Positions 36,560-49,620 of a stretch of 64,000 bases of DNA are shown here, piece by piece. The notes under the pieces were generated by a model. That model saw only the letters and a list, made by a program, of their open reading frames with translations. It ran no database searches and had not been told where the DNA came from. The stretch's first letter is position 1. Each line of letters starts with the position of its first letter. A program made the position numbers and the translations under genes. This DNA comes from Octopus sinensis (lineage: Eukaryota), in contig NC_042999.1 in the NCBI RefSeq assembly GCF_006345805.1, positions 132,246,001 through 132,310,000 of the forward strand, in the 5' to 3' direction.

Positions 36560-36896
36560 CAGACATACCTCAACTTATGTCAGTAATTAGTTCTGAGCCA
36601 TGCAATTTAACCTGAAAAAAAAATTGCGTAATATGAAAAAACATTTAAAAAAATTTATTAGCTCATATCTGTTTTAATAAATGGTTTGTACATATTTTCA
36701 CATACATTTTATTTGGTTTTCCACTGCACTATTAAGTATTAAGTATTTAAAAAATTTTTTTATGCTTTTAAATGTACTCACTGAGACCAACATAATAGTC
36801 AAATAAATCAAGTGAAGTTGGGGTTTACCTCTTAAAAAATAATAACATAAAGTTGAAAAGACATAACTTGAAATGGTATAAGTTGTGATATGCCTG
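36560..36896. mobile_element. pogo/Tigger-type MITE
   Basis: TA|CAGACATACCTCAACTTAT ... ATAAGTTGTGATATGCCTG|TA. Confidence 0.7.
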
Positions 36897-37174
36897 TATT
36901 TGCTTAGCATTTAATAAACACAAGTATCAAGAGAAGCAGTTAAAGAGAAGAAAAGTTAATCTTTTAAAATTTTCATAACACACTATTCTCAACACTCTAA
37001 AATTTTTAATTTTGTACTTGTGCATAATATGCGGACCTAAGCGGCTGATAGAAAAGTAGCTGCTGCTGCTGCTTCTTCTTCTTCTTCTTCTTCTTCTTCT
37101 TCTTCTTCTTCTCCCCCTCCTCCTCCTCCTTCTTCTTCAACCACCACCACCACCACTAACTCCTCCTCCTCCTC

Positions 37175-37440
37175 CTCGTTCTTTAACGTCTATTTTCCAT
37201 GCTGGCATGGGTTGGATGGTTTAACCAGATAACCAAAGATTGCAAGCTGGAGTGCTGCACCGGGCTCCAGTCAGAATTAGCTTGGTTTTCACGGGTAGAT
37301 GCCCTTCCTAACACCAACCACTTTACAGTATGTGGTGGGTGCTTTTTACATGGCACCGACGCGAGTGCTATTTATGTGACACCAACACAGAACTCTTGCA
37401 GGCCAATCCTCCTCACCAGAGGATGTGGCCTTAATACTTA
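37175..37440 (-). mobile_element. RTE-type 3-prime end following a (CTT)/(CCT)/(CCA) triplet run at 37055-37175
   Basis: tttaacgtctattttccatgctggcatgggttggatgg..gatgcccttcctaac. Confidence 0.75.
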
Positions 37441-37623
37441 AAAATAAGGAACGTTTCATGAATTTATATGTCATGCTAATCTTCTCTATATCCAATTTTA
37501 GTATATGTACTGCCTGTATTTAACAGTGTGGAGCTATTTGCAAAGTTGTACTTATACATTTAATGATGTGACAGTGTATATGCTAGTTTATTGCAAATTC
37601 CTTTTCTAAATTCTATTCTTTAA

Positions 37624-37847
37624 CCCTTAAGCATTCAGATTACTCTTAAATGAAATACTTTTTTTTTTCACATTGTTTTAAATTAATCATGCATTTAAAT
37701 TAATCTTGTAATTTGAGATTTTGAAGATGTGAGTGTGTATTTTTAGCATGATATTGTAGGATAGGTATAAAAAGTCAGATCTGGTCTGTTTGAACATAAA
37801 ACAGTAGAATATTTAGGCTGGATATGGCCAATTTAACTGCCAAAGGG
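37624..37847. mobile_element. piggyBac-type MITE
   Basis: TTAA|CCCTTAAGCATT ... ACTGCCAAAGGG|TTAA. A related right end lies at about 41925. Confidence 0.8.
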
Positions 37848-38088
37848 TTAAATGCCTGTTTTCCAAGACCATATCTTCATTCATCAACTCAGCATAGATA
37901 TAAACTACTTCTAAAAGATCCTCTCAACCTAGAATTATTAATCTATAAGAATGTGTACAAATTTTAGAAGAATTTAAAATCTTTCTCTGCTCCTTCTCCT
38001 TCTCTTTCACATTCTCTATTAATTTTCTTTCTTTTGTTTTTTTTTATACATTGACTTCTTGATCTGTTTACCTGTGTAACTTGCAAAG

Positions 38089-38142
38089 TTGTGTAACCTG
38101 CCAAAGTCATTTTCCATGTCCCCTAATCAGATCCGTCCACAG
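38089..38142 (+). CDS. Candidate symmetric 54-nt exon (LCNLPKSFSMSPNQIRPQ)
   Basis: First AG after a pyrimidine-rich, AG-free zone of about 115 nt. Donor CAG|gtatat; phase 0-0. Confidence 0.3.
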
Positions 38143-38154
38143 GTATATTCTTTT

Positions 38155-39330
38155 ATTCTTTTACTTGTTTCAGTTATTTGATTGCAACCATGCTGGGGCA
38201 CTGCCTTGAAAGGTTTTAGTCAAACAAATCGACCCCACAGCTTATTTCTTAGAGTCTGGTACTTATTCTAGCTGTCTCTTTTGGTGAACTGCTAAATTAT
38301 GGGGATGTAAATGCATCAACACTGGTTTCCAAGCAGTGATGGAGGGAACAAACACACACAAAGACGCATACACACACATACATACATATATACTCTTAAC
38401 TCTTTTACTCTTTTACTTGTTTCAGTCATTTGACTGCGGCCATGCTGGAGCACCCCCTTCATTCGAGCAAATCGACCCCGGAACTTATTCTTTGTAAGCC
38501 CAGTACTTATTCTATCAGTCTCTTTTGCCGAACCGCTAAGTGACGGGGACGCAAACACACCAGCATCAAGCAATGCTAGGGGGACAAACACAGACACACA
38601 AACACACACACACATACATATATATACATATATACTACAGGATTCTTTCAGTTTCCGTCTACCAAATCTACTCACAAGGCATTGGTCGGCCTGGGGCTAT
38701 AGCAGAAGACACTTGACCAAGATGCCACACAGTGGGACTGAACCCGGAACCATCTGGTTGGTTAGCAAGCTACTTACCACACAGCCACTCCTGCACCTAT
38801 ATATATATATACTCTCTCTCTTTACTTGTTGCCATCATTTGACTGTGGCCATACTGGAGCACTACCTTTAGTCGAGGAAATCAACCCCAGGACTTATTCT
38901 TTGTAAGCCTAGTACTTATTCTATCGGTCTCTTTTGCCGAACTGCTAAGTTACGAGGACGTAAACACACCAGCATCAGTTGTCAAGCGATGTTAGCAGGG
39001 ACAAACACAGACATACAAATACACACACACATATATATACATATACATATATACGACAGGCTTCTTTCAGTTTCCGTCTTCCAAATCCACTCACAAGGCT
39101 TTGGTCGGCCCAAGGCCATAGTAGAAGACACTTGCCTAAGGTGCCATGCAGTGGGACTGAACCTAGAACACACACATATATACAACCAGCTTCTTTCAGT
39201 TTCCAACTATTAAATCAATTCACAAAACTTTGGTCAGCCTGAGGATATAGTAGAAGACACCCAAGGTGCTATGCAGTGGGATTAAGCCCAGAAACATGTG
39301 GATGAGAAGAAAAATTTTTACCACACAGCC
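38155..39330 (-). mobile_element. Four tandem family B SINEs in the same orientation
   Basis: Near full-length copy at about 38395-38790. Further copies at about 38155-38390, 38815-39170 and 39185-39330. Confidence 0.9.
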
Positions 39331-40166
39331 ACACTTGTGGTATAAGGATGGTATGATTCTTGAAAAAAATGTTTTTACATTTCTACATTATTACATATTT
39401 ACATTCATGCATCCATTGAAACTAAACCAAATCAGGGTGGAATCTGGTATAGCTTGCCCGCTCTGGTCAAACCATCCAACCTATGTCAGCTTGGAAAACG
39501 GACATTAAATGATGGTGATGATGATGATGATGATACATACCTTTTATGCCAACTGAACTGCTGGTATTCTTTAGATAATTTGTAAATAATAATAACTTGG
39601 GTGTAAGAAGTATATTTAATGATGTTCAAATAGTGGAATAAATTTCATACCTTTGTTTTTGGAGCCTTTATATTACTGTTTACTGATGCTGACAGACCAT
39701 CACTAATTTCTTCTTATTTAACCATTTAAAAAAAATATCTAATGTAGTTTTCTTTCAAACTGTTACAGTACAATATTATGTTAACTATTTAAATCATTGC
39801 TACTTCAAATTACTCTGTGATCTAAATACAGAGCAGCTTAACCCTAAGGTGATTGATCTCATCATTTTTATGCTCGAAAGGAGACAGATTTGATTTCTTT
39901 ACAAATATCTATTTTCAGATATTTTATACATAATTCTAAATGATATTTTTTCCTTTAGTACTTTATAAATATAATTCTGCATTCTTTGCTGCAAAAGCAT
40001 GGGTAGTTATTCTTTTTTTCTTAACAAGTGTTAATCAGTAGTTAGCTAATACCACCACACTGGATGGTAATTAAACAGAACTTTCACTTCTTACCTCATT
40101 ACTATTTATTTCATAGTTTTGTTATTGTTTTATCCTGCTTTTTTCTTACTTTATATTTTTCTCTAG

Positions 40167-40196
40167 TGCCTGCTGGATAATATATGTGTGTTGAGT
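40167..40196 (+). CDS. Candidate 30-nt microexon (CLLDNICVLS)
   Basis: Very long polypyrimidine tract ending tttttctctag; donor AGT|gtaaat; phase 0-0. Confidence 0.25.
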
Positions 40197-40937
40197 GTAA
40201 ATGATTGCATTTGTATGTTCATAGTACAGAGACATAGAATGTGTATTTGGGAAAGAGAATTTACACATATGTTCTTGTTCAAGTGTGTATTTGTGTGCAC
40301 CTACAATTAGGTATACAGGTAGTTGGACTCTTTGGTAGGCAAATGAAGTTGTGTATAAGGTACATCTGGCATTTGTGCATACAACTTTAACTGGCCATAA
40401 ATATTTGATTTATCTGGATATTATGCAACACACACCAAAGTTTTTATATCTTTTTTCTTTTACTTGTTTCAGTCATTGGATTGCAAGTCATGCTGGGATA
40501 CTGCCCCAAAGAGTTTAGTAAAAAAACAAGAAAACAAAAAACAAAAAAAAAAACAACAGTGGTACTTATTGCTTTTAAGCTTGGTACTTATTCAGGTGTG
40601 GCTAGGTGCAGGTATGGCTGTGTGGTTTCACTTTGGGCAAGTGTCTTCTACTACAGCTCAGACTGACCAAAACCTTGTGAGTGGATTTAGTAGATGGAAA
40701 CTGAAAGAGGCCTGTTGTATGCATACAAAAAGAAAAAAAGGAAAAGCAAAAAGAAAGAAGGGAAAAGAGAGAAAGAAAGCAAAAAGACTTTCAGTGATGA
40801 CCACACTACACCACACCTGTATATTTTTTCTTGAAGAAGCCACCATCCTTAAACCCATTTCAATGCAATGGTAATTGACTATATGAATGAATGGTGAATA
40901 GGAAGGGGGATCCTCCTTCCCCTCCTCTCTCTACCTA

Positions 40938-41050
<113 letters not shown>

Positions 41051-41494
41051 CTATCTCCAATGTCTCCAATGTCATGGAACCTCACCCAAAAAAACAAAAA
41101 CAATGTTCTCCTCTTCTGACCCCCTGCCCCAATAAAAAGCATGTTTTGTATAAATGAACAAGCTGTTTGTACATTCACAAAATTCTATTTGACAAGTTCC
41201 AGAAATGAACAAAAGCGCTAATAATAAAGAATAAATAAAAATATTTTTTTCCAAAATTCTGTTGACTGTTTTTTTGGTTTCTTTGTTCCCTAACAATACT
41301 TACTTTAGTGCTGTTGACACCGACAGATTGAATGGTACTACCCAGGTGTCAAAACCATAATGATATCTGTGGGGCAGCTGATGATGGAAGTATGTTGGAT
41401 TGTTGGTATTTCTGTTTATGTATATGTGGATTAGTATAACTGGATTGTTGGTATGGCTGTAGAGTAGTATTATAACACATCCTTTTGATGTGTG

Positions 41495-41504
<10 letters not shown>

Positions 41505-41568
<64 letters not shown>

Positions 41569-41570
41569 CA
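41505..41570. repeat. (TG)n microsatellite
   Basis: Direct observation. Confidence 0.95.
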
Positions 41571-42099
41571 TGTATGCATGTATGTATATATTTATGTATG
41601 TGTATGCCTTTGTGTCTGTATTTGTTCCCCTACCATGCTTGATAACTGATGCTGGTGTGTTTATGTCCCCATAACTTAGCGAGAGAATAAATACTAGGTT
41701 TACAAAAAATAAGTCCCGGAGATCAATTTCTTTGACTGAAGAAAACCCTTATGACTTTGTTAAAAAATAGCAACTAAAAGAACAATTCTTCTTTATATCA
41801 TATTTTTTGGGGATGAGATTTTGATGTGATAATTTACTTTTAGTATGGCATTGTAGTGTAGGGATGAGAGATTGAATATTGCCAGTCTGTACATAAAACA
41901 GGTATAAATTTTGGGCCAAAGGGTTAAATCAGTCTGATAAACCTCCCAATAAGTCAAGACTTCGAATAACCAATACAATCTATGACTGAAGGCCACATTG
42001 TTACAGACTGGAAATTACCCAATAACATTTAAAATTATGTAACTTTAGATGCATGCATTTAAAATTATGTAACTTTAGCCAGCCAGAACCCTCCATGGC

Positions 42100-42560
42100 T
42101 GACATAGTGGAAGTAACACCTCAGTGTTTCTATGGGAACACCACAGACATGACAAAGATGAATCCATTACACAGTTTATTGACCTGCTAGAAATAGCTGC
42201 CAAATCTTTTTTGATGTACACTATAACAGAAATGCAACAAGATACTAAGGTGTCAACTTGCAGTATTTCAATATGAACATTAATGCTATCAGTCTCACAT
42301 GTCTTGGAAGACCTCCCAAAGTAGATGCCTGAACCAGTATCAGAATATAACAAGCCAGTGAGAGATCCTCTATTCTGTTACTTGACTTAGCAGAAATCAT
42401 AATAGCTATAACTAGGACCAATCACAGCCCAGTGTCTAAAATTATGACGGATGTAATAAGTACGTCTAGATACACTGTGCCTGTAAAAAGAACAGAATGG
42501 TTGTGACCAGAATGCATTTAATCATGGATCTGCTTGATTAAGGCTGATATGGATCTGAAT
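42100..42560. mobile_element. Degraded SINE-like repeat with gacctgctagaaatagctgccaaat core
   Basis: The same core occurs in the opposite orientation at about 7050-7260. A partial tail copy lies at about 42815-42890. Confidence 0.55.
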
Positions 42561-43748
42561 AACAATGATGTCACTATGTCACAATAACAGCAACATTGAA
42601 GATACTACATAGCTGTAGTAACAATAACTTCTCTTCATCATTTTAATAATGACGACGACCTCACTACAGTATTATTGCAGTTACAACAATTATTTCTGTA
42701 CATCACCGTCACAACAACGACCTACCTAAATTACAATAACAAAAATATTGTCACTCTTCTTCTCGACAGCAACAACAACGTTGTTATTATTGAACACTAT
42801 TATTGTACACTGCAGGGTGGTCACGATTGGAATGTCTTTGATCATAGACCTGCTCAGTCAATCAAATCTGACCTGGAGCTAAATATCAGGGTTTGGTTAA
42901 AACTTGGGATATGAATACATTTCGTTTAATGCAAGAAACCTTCAGAACTAACAGAATATCTTCATACAGTTGATTGATATCGATTAAAGTCCTATTCACT
43001 CTAGAAACAGAATTTATTGCCAATATTTCCATGTGACAACAGAAGCTTTTGATGTATCAGTTTTTAATCAAAAACATCAAAATCATCAGATAAATGCTTC
43101 AAAGCTGTGTTTATTGATTGTTATCAATAACTTTGAATAGCTTCAACATATAATGGGAAAATGTTCTGTGATCATCTTCTTTTGATCGAATAATTCTTTC
43201 ATAGAATTAATTCTGACTTTGTAGGAACCAGTTACATTCTTTGAATTCTAATTATTTTCTACTAACTCCAGCTACAAAATATTTGTGACTGTGTCAGTGA
43301 AAGTTGTTGCCAATAGCAACACTGGAAACTGTAATGGAGAATAAGGATTAAAGTATATTGTTACTGACTTATGTTGCTCATAGCAGGAACACCTAAGGAG
43401 TAAAGGAGTAAATGCATAAAGCATATTTTGTCAGTGAAATATTGTTGTCTATCGTTTGTGATGGAATTATTATCATTTTAGCTTCATAAAAAAAGACAGA
43501 AAAAAACCTTAACCCATGGAGGGTTCTGGCTGGCTAAAGTTACATAAGGAGCCTAACTACCTTATAAATGCTGATGTGTAACATAAATAAAAAGAAAACT
43601 GAGATCTAGATTTAGCTAGAAGGATCCCTGATGCTGCCTGTGAAATATAAATATTATGGGTAAATTTTTTACTTTTATTCCCAATTCACTTTGAAGGTGT
43701 AGTTTACAAGTGATTTCTGGCAATTTTGGTTGTTAGATTAGTTTAAAG

Positions 43749-44687
43749 CAGTGGTCTCCAGCCTTTTTTTATACCTCAGACAGGTTTCATGTAAGACAAT
43801 TTTCCCATGGATTGATAGTGGCACATATGTGTAATTTACGATAGAGATAATAAAAAAGGCAATTTATTAAAGGCAAGAAAAGGTGTATAATCTTTGGAAA
43901 GACTTCTTCCCCCACCCCTATTTTCTTGCAAATTATTCTTTTTTTTTCTTTTTTTTTTTCTTTGCAAAAAACCCATGTTTTTGGATATGGAGATTCCGGA
44001 AAATTGCCAAAAATTGGAATTTTGAAATTTTTTTGCCCCCTTACTTCCCCTCCCCAATTCTTCATTTTAAAACTTTTTTCTGTAAACCTAACCCTAAAAC
44101 CCCAACCCTAACCCTAACCCTCCGTCTTTTTCCACATATTTTGAAAAACAAATTGTGAAAAAAGTTAAAAATGAAGAATTTAGGGTGTGTGTGTTGGGTG
44201 GAGGGGTAATTTAAAAATGCCAATTTTTGCCAATAATTTTGCAGATTCATATTCTCCATAGCCGAAAATGGGAGTTTGTGTAGAAAAAAAAGATTAAATA
44301 TAAAAAAAAGGTGGTGTTTTGGGTGGGTGGGGGTGTACAAAAGGAAGTCTTGCCTAATCTTTTCACTCTCATATACCGAAATACTTTAAAATCTGAAAAT
44401 TAGTTTGGGTTAGAAAATTAGTTGAAAATTATAACAAATAAATAAAAATATACATTGATTGTAAAATGTACTTGCAGTTATTATAAAGGTAGACATACAA
44501 TATACATTAATTATTAAAATATACATCAATTATAAAATGTACTTTAGTTATGATAGATAGTATTGAGTGGATGAATATTGAATATTTAAACAAATCTTCT
44601 TAAATTAATGTTCAATATTCAATTTATCTATTATATAATTTTAAACAAGGTAACTATTTCTTTGCGACCCGGTGGCTGGGGCCTCTG
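43749..44687. mobile_element. hAT/Charlie-type MITE hosting a nested MITE
   Basis: CAGTGGTCTCCAGCCTTTTT at the left end and ggtggctggggcctctg at the right end. The TSD is not well preserved. Confidence 0.55.
43896..44354. mobile_element. Second family of GG-ended MITE with 8-bp TSD and central (CCCTAA)n core
   Basis: Termini GGAAAGACTTC / GAAGTCTTGCC, with a perfect TSD taatcttt at 43888-43895 and 44355-44362. Internal inverted arms surround cctaaccctaaaaccccaaccctaaccctaaccc. Confidence 0.8.
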
Positions 44688-45239
44688 GAATACACATAAA
44701 AAAACTCCACAGTAAAAGCATGAATTTTACCTTCAAAGGGAGACAGGTGTAATTGTAAATTCATGTTGTTTAATTGTTTGCTATAGCCTTTATAACAAGG
44801 TGACTATGATTCATATGCTGGTATGATATAGGTACCTTTCCAGTAAACTTTTACTGTTACATCTATCTCACTTTGAATGGCAGAGTAAACCTAAAGACAG
44901 TGATTTTCAACATTTCTGATGATCAGATTCATTCAAAACCCACAGGAAAAATATGTATCTCACCTTCAATGTGAGACATCTTTTAATAGTAAAAATATTC
45001 AACGCATTAAGATGGTGTTTATATATGAGTTAAGGCAAGTTAAGAAGAGCTGAGAGAGCCTTAGACAGAGTGTCTTTCAGTATTCATTCCATCTCGTTGC
45101 CCTTTAAGTACAAATTTACAAGGGTGACATTGGCCTTCTTCCTTTCCAAGTGTCAATAAATAAAGAACCAATCCAAAATGGAAATTAATTCCTTTCTCTC
45201 TCCCCTGCACCCCTCACATCTCTCTCCTGTCCCCTCTAT

Positions 45240-45630
45240 TCTTTTACTCTTTTACTCTTTTACTTGTTTCAGTCATTTGACTGCAGCCATGCTGGAGCAC
45301 TGCCTTTAGGCGAGCAAATCGACCCCAGGACTTATTCTTTGTAAGCCTAGTGATTATTCTATCAGTCTCTTTTGACGAACCGCTAAGTTATGGGGATATA
45401 AACACACCAGTATCGGTTGCCAAACGATGTTAGGAGGACAAACACAGACACACAAATACACACATATATACGACAGGCTTCTTTCAGTTTCCGTCCACCA
45501 AATCCACTCACAAGGCTTTGGTTGGCCCGAGGCTATAGTAGAAGACACTTGCCCAAAGTGCCACGCAGTGGGACTGAACCCGAAAAAATGTAGTTGATAA
45601 GCAAGCTACTTACCACATAGCCACTCCTTA
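45240..45630 (-). mobile_element. SINE family B, full length
   Basis: tactcttttactcttttacttgtttcagtc ... ttaccacatagccactcct. Confidence 0.9.
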
Positions 45631-46084
45631 TGTGTACAAATGCTATACAAAACTGATTTTAACCTCCATTTACAAATCCATTTAATGCTCATTCTTGAAA
45701 AATTGAATGAAAAAAGCAGGAGATGAAAATAATTTTACTTTAGAGGGATTAATACCCTGGGTAGTACTTATAAATGTGAACAAGTCTTTTATCTTTTTTT
45801 TTTTTTTTGAAAAGCATGCATAAATCATAAAATTAAAGCTATAAAGTAAAAGAGAAATGTTCCATATTAACATTTTTTTTGCTGTTATGTGAGAGTTACA
45901 GCAGCTCAGATATCTGCAGATATTAGTAAAAAATTTTCACCACTGAGTCTTTCACTGGAATTGGCAAGTAATTTATTTTATTATAGTATTTTATTGTTAC
46001 AAATTTTCTTTGAAAATATTGTTGGACTTACTAGATGGGCCTTGATTAATTAGTATGCAGGTTAGGTGTGTACCATTGAGGGGA

Positions 46085-46330
46085 GGGGTGCTGGTACTGC
46101 ATAAAAGGCACTAGAACTGGTGCCATGTAAAAAGCATTGGTGATAGTGCTACATAAAAAGCACCCAATACACTCTGTAAAAGTGGTTGGCATTAGGAAGG
46201 GCATCCAGTCATCGAAACCAAGCCAAAACAGACCTTGGAATCTGATGTAGGACCCTGACCTTGTTAGTTCTTGTCAAGCCGTCCAGCCCATGTCTGCATG
46301 AGAAACGGATGTTAATGTTGATGAGGATGA
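46085..46330 (+). mobile_element. RTE-type 3-prime end
   Basis: aaaagcacccaatacactctgtaaaagtggttggcattaggaagggcatccag..gatgag tail. Confidence 0.75.
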
Positions 46331-46428
46331 AATTGAATTACTAATAAAGAATGGCTCTATGAAAGATGTAGGAAATACTCTGTTCTTCATATTTGACAAT
46401 TCGTTTAAACCAAGATTGAGTGATTACT

Positions 46429-46745
46429 GGCACTCCATCAGTTACGACAGCAAGGGTCCCAGCTGATCCGATCAACAGACCAGCCTGCTCATGAAATTAA
46501 TGTGCAAGTGATGGAGCACTCTACAGGCACGTGTACCTTGAGCATAGTTCTCAGGGAGATTCAACATGACACAGAATGTGACATGACTGGCCCTTTGAAT
46601 TACAGGTACAACTCATTTTTCCCAGCTGAGGACAGGAGCAATGTGAAATAAAATGACTTGCTGAAGATCACAATGCACCACTAGGTATCAAACTCACAAC
46701 CTTACGTCTTGAACCGAATAACCTAATCCCTAAGCCATGTGCCTT
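46429..46745 (-). mobile_element. SINE sharing the family C 3-prime region
   Basis: Reverse complement matches 5950-6135. Confidence 0.7.
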
Positions 46746-47172
46746 CACTGAGTGGTAATTAAGAAACCAGTCTTCTTAAAGACTTGTTGTATACATCTAT
46801 GTGTGCCTCTCAGGTGTGTTTGACTGAGTTTTTGCTTTCATAACTGCCATTACATGGGAACATCTGGAACTTTTGATAACATGCAGTGATTTTATTGTAA
46901 AATGACTGGTTAGTATCCAGGGCAGTCACCTGATCTGAATGTGACCTGATCTTAATTACTGAATCAACAGAGTTTTGAATCTAGGCCTCATTACAATATT
47001 TTTATGATTTGGTTAGTTACATTCAGAACTACACATGACATTTGATACACTATTTTTTTTTTTGTGGTGTAAATGGATGTGTGATAAGAAATATCTCATA
47101 AGTCCTGCTGCCAACGAAAGTTTATCCATGTTTTAGTTTAGAGTATATTCTTGATGACTTATTATTACATGT

Positions 47173-47470
47173 AGCAACAATTTTGAAGAAGGAGTGGAAT
47201 ATACATTATGATGGATGTATATTATTAGTGACAATACTTGGGAAGCCATTATGGAGTATAATGATTTATGTTTACTACTGTTTCCCACAGCAATACTTTT
47301 GAAGCAGTTGTGGAGTATAAGGATTGAAGTACATTGTAGGTGACATATGGTTGCCCATAGCAACATTTTATGAAGCCTTGGTGACGTATACAGATTAATG
47401 ATTATTTTTGGCATTTTGTTATTGCCTTGCTTGTAGCCATACTTTAAAAGCCATAGTGACAAATAAAGCA
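47173..47470 (+). repeat. Five-unit degenerate repeat with a codon-like substitution pattern
   Basis: Units at 47173, 47230, 47289, 47359 and 47435 read SNNFEEGVEY, DNTWEAIMEYND, SNTFEAVVEYKD, SNI(fs)YEALVTYTD and SHTLKAIVTNK. Confidence 0.6.
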
Positions 47471-48594
47471 GTCATGGACAACCTGCAGCCTGTGAGCCTC
47501 ATGCATTCCACAGAAGTTTCTGCATGGCATGCCTTATGAAAAATTAGTTTCACTTTTTTAGTAGTGTGGCCCACCTGATGATGAATTATGTCTTATGTGG
47601 CCCACTTCTCAAAAAAAGGTTGTTCACATTTAATATGAAGACTGAAGTTTTTTATGGTTTAGTCAGACGAGGAATTTTGGCATTTATGAAACTTATAGGA
47701 TCTTTGAGCCTGATTTATGGAGTTAAGTGTCTGCATCAGTACCCTCTCACTGGCTTGTAAAAGATTTTCCTGGTTTCAATCATAAACAATGACTGCTGGG
47801 TTTGTGTAATCAGAGGCATTGCATCAATATCTCTTGTTTTGCTCAGAATGAAGACTTGGTTCAAATTCTTGCAAATGAGTAGACCCTGCTAAAAGTATTC
47901 AAGGCCCAGTGGTGGTGATAAACTGGGTAGTGGATTATGTCTATCTCTCCATGAACAAGTACAAGCAGATTTGCTCCTCACAGGTTCAATCTACTCAATT
48001 TCACTCAATAAAAACATTAGTTTACCTACCTGCCTAACGTGCTGTTTAGCCTAGAGAGGGATGGGCTCTGCCAGGCTTTCTCATCCTAGACATGCTGCAT
48101 GGCTGCTGCACTCTAACGATCCCCCAAAAGGTTCAGGGACTTGTCAATTGTCTAATGTGCAGGGTAGTTGTACTGAACCCCAAAATTCTCAACTGCAGAT
48201 GAGACCTGCACCATGTTTTTATTATTGGTAACTTACTGGTAACTTATTGTTGCCTACAGCAGTATTTGGGAAGGTATAATGAAAAATAGATGAAGTTGAA
48301 TGTCAGTAGTTTGTGCAATATTTTCAGAGCAATTGTGAGTTCAAGCATTAACTCTACCTGTCAAAACATTTTCATAAGTTTGTTCTAGGCGTCCATACTT
48401 GATTTCAACCTTTAGTTAGTCCTTGTTTCATATGTTCTGAATAAAATAAAGCTTTCCTTTCATGAGTCCCAAGCTGCTCTGATGGTTGATAAAAATTGGA
48501 AGTTTGTATCATATATAGTATATAAGACAGGCAAAGTTTTAAAGTATATTGTCAATTTAAAACAAAAAGTAAGGAAAAATTTTAACCTAAGATG

Positions 48595-48742
48595 GGCACA
48601 GGCGTAGCTGTATAGTAAGAAGTTTGCTTCCAAACCACATGGTTCCAGGTTCAGTCTTGGCTTGGGTAAGTGTCTTCTACTATAGCCTTGGGCTGACCAA
48701 AGCCTTGTAAGTGGATTTGGTAGATGGAAACTGAAAGAAGCC

Positions 48743-48790
<48 letters not shown>

Positions 48791-49620
48791 TCCCACTGCG
48801 TGGCACTTTGGGTAGGTGTCTTCCACTATAGCCCCGAGCCGACCGGAGCTTTGTGATTGAATTTGGTAGGTGGAAGTAACTGCCGTGTGTGTATGTGTGT
48901 GTGTAGGTGCTTGTGCCTCTCCGAAAGAGAGAGAGGGATATATGTTTGCATGTCTATGTTTGTCCTCCCAGCATCGCTTGACAACTGATGTTGGTGTGTT
49001 TATATCCCCTCAGCTTAGCAGTTCAGCAAAAGGGAATCATAGAATAAGTACTAGGCTTACAAAGAATAAGTCCTGGGGTTGATTTGTTTGACTAAAAGGC
49101 AGTGTTCCAGCATGGCCGCAGTCAAATGACTGAAACAAGTAAAATAGTAAGATGCAGTAACTTGCTTCCCAATCTTGTGGTGTGGGGTTCAGTCTCACTT
49201 CACAGTACTTTGGGCAAGAAGTGTCTTTCAATATAACACTGGGCCAACTAAAGTCTTGTGAATGGATTTAGTAGATGGAAACTGAAAGAAGCTCATTGTG
49301 TATGTATGTATGTATGTATGTATGTATGTATGTATGTATGTATGTATGTATGTATGTATGTATGTATGTATGCATGCATGCATGCATGCATGCATGCATG
49401 TATGTATATATTTATAGGCATGCATCTTTGTGCTTGTGTTTGTCCTCCACCACAGCTTGACAACCAGTGTTGGTTTGTTAATGTCCCTATAACTTAGTAG
49501 TTCAGCAAAAAGAGACTAATAGAATATGTACCAAGCTTAAAAATAAGTATCAGGGTTGATTTTTGTTTTTTACCAAACCCTTTAAAGCTGCATGATTGAA
49601 ACGAGTAAAAGATAAAAGAT
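48595..49620 (+). mobile_element. Three partial family B SINEs with (TA)n and (TATG)n expansions
   Basis: Repeated gtggatttggtagatggaaactgaaagaagc blocks and family B tails. Confidence 0.85.

Noticed and set aside
44085-44120. True telomere or chromosome-fusion scar
   Set aside because: Only a few degenerate CCCTAA units, located inside a TSD-flanked MITE.
44656-44730. Minus-strand terminal exon GKIHAFTVEFFYVYSRGPSHRVAKK*
   Set aside because: Overlaps the right end of the hAT MITE, and the acceptor is weak.
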